From: Candidatus Sulfobium sp.
GTDB lineage: Bacteria > Nitrospirota > Thermodesulfovibrionia > Thermodesulfovibrionales > UBA6898
NCBI GenBank assembly: GCA_037380845.1
Contig: JARRRI010000012.1
Location: 48,012-73,565 of the forward strand
Reading direction: 5' to 3'
Length of the DNA stretch: 25,554 nt
Positions 16,165-24,903 of the stretch are shown in pieces (positions within the stretch are counted from its first letter, which is position 1; every line of letters starts with the position of its first letter). The notes under the pieces were generated by a model, which made no database searches, was not told the DNA's origin, and saw nothing but the letters and a program-made list of their open reading frames with translations. The position numbers were made by a program, and so were the translations under genes.

Positions 16165-17066
16165 AAGAGGTCGTGATCGTCAGCGGGAAGGGCGGCGTAG
16201 GAAAGTCCGCGATAAGCGCTTCTTTGGGAGCGATCTTCATGAAGAATTACAAAGTGGTGCTCGCCGACACCGATGTTGATGCCCCGAACCTTAATCTCTT
16301 TTTCAGCTCACGACCGAGGTATTCAAAGGTCGTGGAGGCTTCGGAGAAGGCCTCCATTGACGCTGAAAAATGCGAAGGCTGTCTTGAATGCGTGGTGGCA
16401 TGCAGGTTCTCCGCAATAGCAGTGTCGGCGGACGCTCCTGTACTTATCCCTTACTTTTGTGAAGGATGCGGAGCCTGCTCCATTGTTTGCCCGGCGGGGG
16501 CGATCGAGATAAACAGTGAGTCAAACGGCAATATTGACATATCCGACATCGATAGTACGGTTATAGTATCGGGCGAACTCAGGATCGGCGAGAGCAGCTC
16601 CGGAAGGCTGGTTGACGAAGTGAAAAGGGTGGCCAAAGAGGAAGCGGGGAGGATAAATGCTGACCTCATAATTACTGATGGTCCTCCGGGTACCGGTTGC
16701 CCTGTAATATCCGCCCTGAAGGGAAGCGATTACGTCATTGCCGTAACGGAGCCGACGCCGGCCGCCTTAAGCGATCTCGGGGCAGTATATGATGTTATAA
16801 GACATTTTGGTCTGCCTTCGGGAATAGTGATAAACAAAGCCGGTTTGCACCCTGCATCAGAAAGCTTAATAAGGGACTTTATAATAAAAGACGATATCCC
16901 GATTCTCGCAGCGATCTCTTACGACATAAGTGTTCCTGAGGCGACAGCAAGGACGATGCCGGTGGCCGAGGCCTATCCTGATGCGCCCGCTTCGAAAGGC
17001 ATGATCAGACTTGCCGGCGCGGTGACAAAGGCGGTATTAAGCCATTCTGAAATCTCAGGAGATTGA
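16161..17066 (+). CDS. MinD-superfamily P-loop ATPase with inserted ferredoxin domain (COG1149-like), second paralog
   Basis: SGKGGVGKS, DTDVDAPNL, CEGCLECVVAC / CEGCGACSIVCP, SGRLV, DGPPGTGCPV, VTEPT; GTGA overlap with the previous gene. Confidence 0.9.
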   Translation: MKEVVIVSGKGGVGKSAISASLGAIFMKNYKVVLADTDVDAPNLNLFFSSRPRYSKVVEASEKASIDAEKCEGCLECVVACRFSAIAVSADAPVLIPYFCEGCGACSIVCPAGAIEINSESNGNIDISDIDSTVIVSGELRIGESSSGRLVDEVKRVAKEEAGRINADLIITDGPPGTGCPVISALKGSDYVIAVTEPTPAALSDLGAVYDVIRHFGLPSGIVINKAGLHPASESLIRDFIIKDDIPILAAISYDISVPEATARTMPVAEAYPDAPASKGMIRLAGAVTKAVLSHSEISGD

Positions 17067-17124
17067 GAGTGGTTGCGTCAGAGGCTAAGGACAATGTTCT
17101 CTGTAGGCAAAAGCCGAGAAAGAT

Positions 17125-18296
17125 ATGAATATCGATGAAGGAAAAAAGACTGCCGCATATTCCACGGCATTAAATCTCGGACTGACAGTGGCCAAGAGCG
17201 CTCTTGCCCTTTATTCGGGAAGTGCTGCCGTACTCTCAGAAGCAGTGCACAGCCTTACGGACGTCTTCGGGGCCCTCTCCGTCTGGACCGGAATAACACT
17301 CTCAAAAAAGAAATCTCCAAGGTTTCCCTGGGGTCTTTACAAGGCGGAGAACATCGCTGCAGGCGTGTCCGCCTCAAGAACATAGACGTCTCCATCGTTG
17401 CCCTAATACTGATGGCCGCACCCGTGTATACCTTTGCCAGGCACGAAAAGAAAAAGGCCGGAGAACTGAACTCGCCTTCTCTTATGGCGGATTCGAAACA
17501 CTGGCTGTCGGACCTTGCGCCGATCGGAGTAGCGGCAGCAGGTCTTGCCGTCTCCGGGTTCTTCTCCCATGCCGACAAGGTTGCCGCATTGATCGTGATC
17601 GTCTTCGTGCTCAGGTCAGGTTACGGAATAATGAAGGACTCCGTAAAGAGCCTGCTCGATGCCTCGGTGGATGCAGAGACTCTGGTTAAGTTAAGAACGG
17701 TCGTAAGTGGTTTCAGGGAAGTGGAGCAGATCATTGCCATAAATGCGCGCAACTCGGGACGTTTTATTTTCGTTTATCTCGATCTCAGACTCTCGGTCAG
17801 GAAATTGAAGGACGCTTACAGGGTTATAGCCGGGATAGAGGAATCCGTGAGACGGGACATCCCGTTTATCGAAAGGGTGATCATAAGATACGGCCCGATC
17901 GAGAAGGGGTACGTGAGATATGCGGTGCCTCTCGGCAACCGGACCGGCAATGTGTCGGAGCATTTCGGAAGCGCGCCTTTCATAGCCTGCTGGAACATGG
18001 ATGTCTCAAGAGGGAAGTTGCTCTCACAGGATATAATCGAAAATCCTTTTTCGGACCTCGAGAAAGGAAAAGGCATCAAGCTCGCCGAATTGATTGTCGA
18101 ACAGGGTGTCGATATCGTTTTTACGAAGGAGCTGTTCGGGGGTAAGGGGCCGGAGTATGTGCTCTCTGACGCCGGTGTTGAAGTGAGGTCTACCAACGCG
18201 ACGACCCTGGGAGAGGTCATGGAACTGAGGCGTGAGAGCAACAGGTACCACGAAGAAGGCAACGGCAAAAGAGGGGCTTCAGTTGACGGCGGGTGA
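17125..18296 (+). pseudogene. Cation diffusion facilitator (FieF-like) fused to a C-terminal NifB/NifX domain, split by a deletion/frameshift near 17373
   Basis: The first frame gives TM1, TM2 (HSLTD) and FPWGLYKAE, then stops at 17385. The second frame from 17373 gives LKNIDVSIV..., HWLSD, a dimerisation domain (RNSGRFIFV) and the NifX motifs SEHFGSAPF and GKGIKLAE. Confidence 0.8.
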
Positions 18297-18299
18297 CAC

Positions 18300-18992
18300 A
18301 TGGAAAACGGTTTAATTCTGAGAGTGAAAGACCTAAGGGTGGAGATGGATCGCCGGAACATTATCGACCACCTGTCTTTTACTGTGAAGAAGGGGGATAT
18401 CGTTACCATTTTGGGTCCCAATGGGGCGGGAAAGACAGTCCTGCTGAAATGCCTGCTGGGTCTTTTGCCCTATGATGGAGAAATAGCGTGGGAAAAAGGC
18501 GTTAAAATCGGCTATGTTCCCCAGCGGCTGCCGTTTATAAAGGATATACCGATGAGCGTAATGGACTTTTTTGACCTGAAAGGAGCCGCCACACGGGAGG
18601 TTCGTGAGATAGTGAATGCAGTGGGCTTCAGTGATGAGTTCTTCGTTAGAAAGATGGGCGACCTCTCGTCCGGACAGTTTCAGAGGATATTGATAGCCTG
18701 GGGCCTGGTGGGCAACCCTCAGGTGCTGCTCTTCGACGAACCGACCACCGGGATAGACATCGGCGGGGAGGAAACCATCTACAATCTCCTGGCGAGATTA
18801 AAGAAGGAGCGACATCTGACCATGTTGCTGGTTACCCATGACCTAAGCGTGGTCTATCAGTTTTCAACTCATGTTATATGCCTGAGCAGGCGTACGGTAT
18901 GCTACGGCCCTCCCCGTGAGGTGCTAACGCCGGAGAGTCTTCAAAACCTTTATGGCGGTGGAATGAAATACTATCAGCATAAACACGGATAA
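18300..18992 (+). CDS. Zn/Mn-type metal ABC transporter ATP-binding subunit (ZnuC-like)
   Basis: GPNGAGKT, IGYVPQ, LSSGQFQR, LLFDEPTTGID, VTHDL, C-terminal YQHKH. Confidence 0.92.
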   Translation: MENGLILRVKDLRVEMDRRNIIDHLSFTVKKGDIVTILGPNGAGKTVLLKCLLGLLPYDGEIAWEKGVKIGYVPQRLPFIKDIPMSVMDFFDLKGAATREVREIVNAVGFSDEFFVRKMGDLSSGQFQRILIAWGLVGNPQVLLFDEPTTGIDIGGEETIYNLLARLKKERHLTMLLVTHDLSVVYQFSTHVICLSRRTVCYGPPREVLTPESLQNLYGGGMKYYQHKHG

Positions 18993-18997
18993 GGACT

Positions 18998-19798
18998 ATG
19001 GAAGGTCAATTCTTTTTGAGTATGACAACGGGTATCTTTATCGGAGGCGCATCCGGATATCTGGGGTCTCTGATGTTGAGCAGGAGAATGGCCCTTGTGG
19101 CCGGACCTCTCGGCCATTTGACCCTGCCGGGGATAGCACTGGCTTTGATGTACGGTTTTGATGTTTCGATCGGTGCTTTTCCCTTCGTTGTCCTCGGGAT
19201 TGTCTTAATCTGGCTGTTTGAAGTGAGGACGAAATTGCCCATGGAAGCCTTAACCGCTGTGGTCTTTGCCTCGGCAGTGGCTGTCGCCTTTTTATTTCTG
19301 CCGGTCGAGCAGGCGGAAACAGCCCTGGTGGGAGATATTTCAAAGGTAGGATCCTGGGAAACAGGCATTTCTGCAGCAGTTGCTCTTTTCCTTGTCTTTG
19401 TAATAAGGAGGATTTATCCGAAGATGGTTTTGATTAATGTTTCCGAGGACTTAGCCGGATCCGAGGGCGTAGGCGTCAAGAAATACAATCTGGTTTACCT
19501 AGTCTTGATTGCCGTCATCGTCGCTTTGGGAGTAAAAATGGTCGGCGGCCTTTTAACCGCCGCATTGGTGGCGATACCGGCTTCCGCTTCTCGAAACCTC
19601 AGCCGAAATTTATCTCAGTATGCCATCGGAGCGATGATCATAGGCTCCGTATCTTCTTTACTGGGGATATTACTTTTTAAGCTTACAGGACTTCCCGCAG
19701 GACCATTGATTATCCTGGTAAGTACAGCAATCTTTCTTTTTTCAATATTTTTAAAAGACAAAAGAATGTCCAGAGGACAATTATCGGGTATCGCGTAG
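18998..19798 (+). CDS. Zn/Mn-type metal ABC transporter permease (ZnuB/ABC-3-like)
   Basis: Multiple TM helices; RRMAL..LGHLTLPGIAL, LVGDI, VGGLLTAALVAIPA, LPAGPLII. Confidence 0.9.
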   Translation: MEGQFFLSMTTGIFIGGASGYLGSLMLSRRMALVAGPLGHLTLPGIALALMYGFDVSIGAFPFVVLGIVLIWLFEVRTKLPMEALTAVVFASAVAVAFLFLPVEQAETALVGDISKVGSWETGISAAVALFLVFVIRRIYPKMVLINVSEDLAGSEGVGVKKYNLVYLVLIAVIVALGVKMVGGLLTAALVAIPASASRNLSRNLSQYAIGAMIIGSVSSLLGILLFKLTGLPAGPLIILVSTAIFLFSIFLKDKRMSRGQLSGIA

Positions 19799-19814
19799 AA
19801 AGGAGGTGAAAACC

Positions 19815-20042
19815 GTGCCACGAAGATCAAGACGACGTCTGAGGATTTATTGGCCGTATTGTCAGCACTATGGCTGGCATCATCCTTACGGCCCTTGCGG
19901 TCCTCCTCCCCCGCCGCCATGGTGGATGGAGGAGCCTACACCGGAGGAGGAAAAGGAAGACCTTAAGATGCACATTGAAATGTTAAGAAAGGAATTGAAA
20001 GCGGCCGAGGAAGAGCTCAAGGAGTTGGAGAAGTCTGAATAA
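19815..20042 (+). CDS. Small protein with a Pro/aromatic/His-Cys N-terminus and a C-terminal coiled coil (DUF5320-like)
   Basis: AGGAGG at 19801-19806, GTG 19815; PTPEEEKEDLKMHIEMLRKELKAAEEELKELE. Confidence 0.7.
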   Translation: MPRRSRRRLRIYWPYCQHYGWHHPYGPCGPPPPPPWWMEEPTPEEEKEDLKMHIEMLRKELKAAEEELKELEKSE

Positions 20043-20060
20043 GTAGTGGATCCTGAATGT

Positions 20061-20076
20061 GGGGCGCTTGCGCCCC
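20061..20076 (+). terminator. GC-rich hairpin after the small coiled-coil gene (possible terminator or stabiliser)
   Basis: GGGGCGC-TT-GCGCCCC with no clear U-tract. Confidence 0.3.
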
Positions 20077-20163
20077 TCCTAGTGGGTGTGGAGCCTATCA
20101 GAGTTTAAGGAGTCCGCAGCTCACTGCAGAACCTGACACAACACTCAAGTATGGAGGATAAAG

Positions 20164-21059
20164 GTGGATAGCAGGCTTGAGAAAGGAGGCTTTCCCCTTG
20201 AGGGGATAAACCTGGCACTCTGTGAGAATCCTTTGCCTCCACTGGAGGAGGCAATAGAAGCTATCAGAAGAGAGGCTTGTCTTAGTAACCATTATACAGA
20301 GCCTTACTCACTGAAGCTGAAAGAGAGAATATCAGAATACGCCGAAGTTCCTGTGGACAACATCCACATCAATGCCGGCTCTGAGCTTATACTCCGTCAG
20401 CTCTTCTCTCTTTACGGCAGAAAAGTCCATATGTTTTCTCCCACCTATTATCTTTTCGATGAGATCGCCGGGGGAAGAACCCACGTCTTTCTGAATGAGG
20501 AGAAAGGCTTCCTCTATGATATGAGGGAGTTCGAAATTCCTTCTGACTCAACGCTGACGGTGATTGTCAACCCGAACAACCCCACGGGAGCTATTTTTGA
20601 TGTAAAGGAAAATGCTTCACTCATTGAGAAATATCCCCGTGTCATGTTCCCGATAGATGAGGCCTTCATCGAATTCGGCGGACTGGAGGCGACGGACCTG
20701 GCCCTGAAACATGAAAATGTCGTGATAACCAGGACTTTCTCCAAAGCCTTCAGTCTGGCAGGCTGCAGGGTGGGCTATGCAATCGCACACAGGGAGCTGA
20801 TAAAATATCTTGACAGCCATAATGACGCTTACCCGCTGGCTAGGACGGCGGAAGTCGCAGCTATAGCATCACTTGAGCATCTGGACAAGATTAAAGAGAG
20901 AGTAGTAACCCTGAGGGCTTTGACAGAAGATTTTGCAGGGGCATTGCAGGACTTCGGCATCACGACATATCCCACTGAGACTTATTTCTTTCTTGGCAAG
21001 ATACCCCATATGAAAGCAGATTCGTGGGCGCTATAAAGGAAATATTGGGATATCACTGA
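20164..21059 (+). pseudogene. HisC/CobD-like class I/II PLP aminotransferase with a C-terminal deletion/frameshift
   Basis: LALCENP, NAGSE, VNPNNPTG, IDEAF, RTFSKAFSLAGCRVGY (PLP Lys). The frame ends prematurely at 21036, while a plausible original terminus VGAIKEILGYH* lies in another frame at 21024-21059. Confidence 0.7.
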
Positions 21060-21065
21060 AAGGTC

Positions 21066-21713
21066 ATGGCAAAGAATATCTTCGATATATTAACGGACAA
21101 ATACGATGCCTGGTATGACTCCGCGGACGGAAGGCCCCTCTATGAGAGTGAGCTGAAATGCCTCAGGCCGATGGTCGAAAGCTGTCAGGGGCCCATCCTT
21201 GAGGTTGGAGTCGGTACGGGAAGGTTCGCCATGCACTTTCCTGATGTAATCGGAATCGACCCGTCGCCGAACGCTCTTAAGATGGCTGAAAAGAGGGGCG
21301 TAAAAACCGTGCATGGTTATGGAGAGAACCTTCCTTTTAAGGATGAAATATTCGGCTGTATCCTTATTATCGTGACATTATGTTTTGTTGAAAGACCCCT
21401 TGATGTGCTGAAAGAGGCCAAAAGGGTGTTGAAAAGAGATGGAAGTATCATTATGGGGCTCGTCCCCGGGGACTCTCCATGGGGCGCCTATTATGAGGAA
21501 AAGAAAAGGTCGGGTCATCCTTTTTACAGTAATGCCAGGTTCTATGCCATGAAGGACCTTGAGGATATGCTTCAATCGGCAGGACTCAGAATATCAAGGA
21601 TCAGGAGTACGCTGCTGCAGAGGCCTGATGAGCCGGGCAGGATTGAACAGCCTGTGGAATACAGGGTCAATGGCGCGGGATTTCTCTGCATAGAAGTAAA
21701 GAGGGATAGTTAA
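21066..21713 (+). CDS. Class I SAM-dependent methyltransferase (Methyltransf_11-like)
   Basis: YDAWY, ILEVGVGTGRF, GIDPS, GENLPF, TLCFV, RVLKRDG, GHPFY. Confidence 0.92.
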   Translation: MAKNIFDILTDKYDAWYDSADGRPLYESELKCLRPMVESCQGPILEVGVGTGRFAMHFPDVIGIDPSPNALKMAEKRGVKTVHGYGENLPFKDEIFGCILIIVTLCFVERPLDVLKEAKRVLKRDGSIIMGLVPGDSPWGAYYEEKKRSGHPFYSNARFYAMKDLEDMLQSAGLRISRIRSTLLQRPDEPGRIEQPVEYRVNGAGFLCIEVKRDS

Positions 21714-21742
21714 TTGACGGCCGTCTGCTTACGTGATATAAG
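21714..21742 (+). promoter_or_regulatory. sigma70-type promoter with extended -10 for the HPF-CSD gene
   Basis: TTGACG-N17-TATAAG with TG at 21734-21735. Confidence 0.65.
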
Positions 21743-21762
21743 AGTAACAGGAGGATGGAGGA

Positions 21763-22293
21763 ATGGAGATACCATTACAGATAACCGCACGGGATATCGA
21801 TCTTACCGACGCCATAAAGGCGGAAATCACGGAGAAAGCGGAGAAACTGGACAAGTTCTATGACGGCATAATGCGCTGCAGGGTAGTAATTGAGTCCCCC
21901 CGGCGACATCAGCACGAGGGCAAATTATATTCTGTTCACATCTATATGACTGTGCCCGGTTCTGAACTGATGGTAAAAAACCAACTGGACAAGGACCTTT
22001 ATGTGGCGATAAGGGACGCCTTTCATGACGCCCGCCGCCAACTGGAGGATTATTCCAGGGAGCAGCGGGGCGATGTCAAATATCACGGGGAGCAGCCGCG
22101 TGCGGTCATAAGCAGCCTGTTTCCGGAGCAGGGCTACGGCTTTCTCACGACGCCGGAGGGCCGCGAGGTCTATTTTCACGGTAATAGCGTCATAAACAGG
22201 GACTTTGGCGGCCTGAAGGTCGGAATGAAGGTCCGCTTTGTCGAGGAAGAAGGATACAAAGGCCCCCAGGCGAGCTCCGTGACAGTGACATGA
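21763..22293 (+). CDS. HPF/RaiA-family ribosome-associated protein fused to a cold-shock domain
   Basis: PLQITAR..KAEKLDKF..CRVVIE..DLYVAIRDAF..ARRQLE; CSD motifs GYGFL, EVYFH, GPQAS. Confidence 0.92.
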   Translation: MEIPLQITARDIDLTDAIKAEITEKAEKLDKFYDGIMRCRVVIESPRRHQHEGKLYSVHIYMTVPGSELMVKNQLDKDLYVAIRDAFHDARRQLEDYSREQRGDVKYHGEQPRAVISSLFPEQGYGFLTTPEGREVYFHGNSVINRDFGGLKVGMKVRFVEEEGYKGPQASSVTVT

Positions 22294-22367
22294 AGACCGT
22301 AAATGTCCTCTCTTTCAGACCGTGCGGGTCGAGCATATCTCACAGCGCTTAACAGTCAGCAGGCGCG

Positions 22368-22673
22368 TTAAGGCGTATTGATCATTTTTAACAGATTGAC
22401 GGTCATGAGGAAGCTGTCTCCCTCCTCCTCCTTGACGGTATTATAAAAATCACAGATCCCGCAGTCCTTGTACTTCCGGGCAAAAGAACCCTGGACTGCC
22501 CCGTTGCACATGGTCCCGGCGACTACCCAGCATGCGCGTCCCGCACTCACTCCGCCGTTGATCCCGTCGAGTATGGTATCCGTCGAGGCCGGGCATATCC
22601 CCAGTTCATCAGCCCTGTCCCCTCCCAGTTCTCTCCCGCATTTTTTGAATTCCCAGCAGTTCAGCCTCTGCAT
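22368..22673 (-). CDS. two-CW domain protein (Cys-rich, uncharacterised)
   Basis: NCWEFKKCGRE...CPA...GRACWVVAGTMC...CGICDFY; ATG 22673 after GGAGGT. Confidence 0.85.
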   Translation of the reverse strand: MQRLNCWEFKKCGRELGGDRADELGICPASTDTILDGINGGVSAGRACWVVAGTMCNGAVQGSFARKYKDCGICDFYNTVKEEEGDSFLMTVNLLKMINTP

Positions 22674-22697
22674 TTTCTTCACCTCCCCCTTATAATC

Positions 22698-22726
22698 TTT
22701 TTAACAGGGTTGAGGCTTCCTGTCAA
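22698..22726 (-). promoter_or_regulatory. sigma70-type promoter for the two-CW gene
   Basis: Minus strand TTGACA-N17-TAAAAA with an upstream TG. Confidence 0.45.
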
Positions 22727-22808
22727 TTTCTTAATTATAAATACCAAATAATCTTGTATTTATTTTTTTACGAGTGAAGACGGGCTGGAGGGGCTGGAGG
22801 GCTGGAAA

Positions 22809-23231
22809 TCATTCATGTACCAGGCCTTTCAGGAAGCTTAACCTGAGGCCCCTGCTCTCCTTGCGGGACCTCTCATAGAATATTTCGATCGCTTCCAATT
22901 CACCTTTATCGAGCCATATGCCTCCGCATTCGGGGCATTTGTCGATCACGACCTGGGAGCAATAGGCATACTCGGTGCTTTCGGTGACGGCGCCGCAGGA
23001 AGGACAGGGAAAGCCGCGGGCGTTGAGCTGCCTGGCCATCTCGTACGCGTTACCTATGACGTCCGGAATGCGGGAGAGTTCGCCCGTGTAATCATGCCCG
23101 GCGATCTCCTCTATCTCCTCAAGTTCCCCTTTAGGGAGCCACATGCCTCCGCACCCCGGACAGGTATGGACCGTGATATGTCCTTCGTAGGTTGCGGGTT
23201 CGAGTTGTTGTTCATCCCTCGGACAGTTCAT
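22809..23231 (-). CDS. Double zf-TFIIB zinc-ribbon protein
   Basis: MNCPRD...TCPGCGGMWLPKGELEEI and CPSC...DKCPECGGIWLDKGELEAI; real start taken as ATG 23231. Confidence 0.85.
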   Translation of the reverse strand: MNCPRDEQQLEPATYEGHITVHTCPGCGGMWLPKGELEEIEEIAGHDYTGELSRIPDVIGNAYEMARQLNARGFPCPSCGAVTESTEYAYCSQVVIDKCPECGGIWLDKGELEAIEIFYERSRKESRGLRLSFLKGLVHE

Positions 23232-23339
23232 CTCTTTCACTCTAGCAGAGGTCCGGGTCATTTTCAAATGTGGCGAACAAATGAACCTGAAACGGCCGTA
23301 TGGTAGACTAAAAAAACTCTTTATTTCAAAGGAGGCGCC

Positions 23340-24011
23340 ATGAAACTTATTTCGCTGCTTGGCAGTCCACACGGACTGAAGGGTAATACTGCGGGACTTC
23401 TCCATCTCGTGCTTGAAGGCGCTGAAGCGGAAGGCGCCAGCGCAGAGACGATAGTACTGAAAGGGGACACGGTGTTTCCCTGCAGGGCATGCGATGCCTG
23501 CCACAAAAAGGGGCGCTGCGTGCAGAAGGACGACTTCGAGGTTATCAAGAAAAAGGTTCTGACTGCAGACGGACTGGTCCTGGCGAGTCCCAATTATATT
23601 TTCAATGTAAGCGCCCAGATCAAGGCCTTCATGGACCGGTGCTGCGGTGTTATTCACTGCATGCAGTTCTGGGGCAAATACGGGGCATCGGTTGTGACCT
23701 CCGGCGGGGGCGACGAGCAGACCGTCGCCGGGTACATGAGCCATTTCCTGGTTACAACCGGGGCTGTGCCGGTCGGCGCTGTCTGGGCCATGATGTCTGC
23801 TATGCCCGAGGAGGGCTTTACGGATGAAGTGGGAGAGAGTGCCGTTGCCCTGGGCAAGAGGCTGGTTACTGCATGGCGGGCGGGCGAGGTCCCTGCCGAA
23901 GTACATGAGCAGCGGAATGCCTTCCGCCGCCGCATGCATGCGCTTGTGGACTGGCGGAAGGAAGAATGGCCCTTCGAGTATAGTTACTGGAAAGAAAACA
24001 TGGGCCTGTAA
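23340..24011 (+). CDS. Flavodoxin-family / iron-sulfur flavoprotein (NADPH-dependent FMN reductase fold)
   Basis: LGSPHGLKGNT, CRACDACHKKGRC, ASPNY, SAQIKAFMDR; AGGAGG RBS. Confidence 0.9.
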   Translation: MKLISLLGSPHGLKGNTAGLLHLVLEGAEAEGASAETIVLKGDTVFPCRACDACHKKGRCVQKDDFEVIKKKVLTADGLVLASPNYIFNVSAQIKAFMDRCCGVIHCMQFWGKYGASVVTSGGGDEQTVAGYMSHFLVTTGAVPVGAVWAMMSAMPEEGFTDEVGESAVALGKRLVTAWRAGEVPAEVHEQRNAFRRRMHALVDWRKEEWPFEYSYWKENMGL

Positions 24012-24103
24012 ATGTGCTCCGGCAATGGCCAGACTGCTATGTGGCAGCCCGGCACAAAGCCCGATCTTTCCTTGAGGGCACATAAGGTGGGAGGAAGAAT
24101 CAG

Positions 24104-24850
24104 CTGCTGAAAAAGATCATTTCGTTTTTGACGGTTACGGCATTGTTGACTGTCTGTACCCCCGTTCTTGCCGGACCGCCCTTTCGCACGGATGATCCGG
24201 AGCCGGTTCCATACCTGCACGGGGAAGCATACCTTTTTTCTTCAGGCACCAGGGACTCCGAAGGCATCAGCGGGATGGGTCCGGCCATAGAATTCAATTA
24301 CGGAATATTGCCCGATGCCATGTTCCATGTTATCACCCCTCTTGCGTTCAACTCGCCGCGCGACGGCGTTTCTCATTTCGGTTACGGCGACACGGAATTC
24401 GGGATAAAATACCGTTTCGCTCATCAGACCGATATCCTGCCCGATGCCGGAACGTTTCCGCTGGTTGAAGTTCCCAGCGGCGATGCGGAGAAGGGGCTGG
24501 GGAATGGCAAGGTCCAATATTTCCTGCCGGTGTGGCTGCAGAAGGACTTCGGGAAATGGACTACTTACGGCGGCGGCGGTTACTGGATCAACCCGGGGGA
24601 GGGCAACAGGAACTGGTGGTTTTCGGGTGTACTCCTTCAGTATTCGTTCACGGAAGACTTTTACCTGGGCGGCGAGGTATTTCATCAGACGGCCGACGTT
24701 GTCGGCGGCAGGGACAGCACGGGCTTTAATTTCGGCGGCAGCCTCCCGCTCCCCGGGAGTTTCCAGTTCCTCTTTTCTGCGGGTTCCGGTCTGCAGCACG
24801 CCTCAACCAACCGTCTTTCTTATTATGCGGCCCTCTACCTTGCATTCTGA
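24104..24850 (+). CDS. Exported outer-membrane beta-barrel protein ('transporter'/MetA-pathway-like), probable CTG start
   Basis: Signal peptide ending VLA|GPPFRTDDPEPV; GYGDTEFGIKYRF; PSGDAEKGLGNG; terminal Phe. GGAGG at 24090-24094 precedes an in-frame CTG at 24104. Confidence 0.75.
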   Translation: MLKKIISFLTVTALLTVCTPVLAGPPFRTDDPEPVPYLHGEAYLFSSGTRDSEGISGMGPAIEFNYGILPDAMFHVITPLAFNSPRDGVSHFGYGDTEFGIKYRFAHQTDILPDAGTFPLVEVPSGDAEKGLGNGKVQYFLPVWLQKDFGKWTTYGGGGYWINPGEGNRNWWFSGVLLQYSFTEDFYLGGEVFHQTADVVGGRDSTGFNFGGSLPLPGSFQFLFSAGSGLQHASTNRLSYYAALYLAF

Positions 24851-24903
24851 AGATCGCCAGATGGATAAATGAAGTTTAACTGTCCGTTGATTGCGAATAA
24901 CCT

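Noticed and set aside
14846..18296. Nitrogen fixation (nif) cluster
   Set aside because: Only NifB/NifX-fold domains and MinD-type ATPases are present; there is no nifH/D/K/E/N or radical-SAM nifB.
22782..22806. GGGCTGGAG tandem repeat (two copies plus a partial third)
   Set aside because: Too short and spacer-less to be CRISPR or a meaningful VNTR.
23232..24083. N-terminal 284 codons of the 424-aa minus-strand ORF 22809..24083
   Set aside because: Antisense shadow of the flavodoxin-family gene; only the zinc-ribbon part from ATG 23231 looks like real protein.
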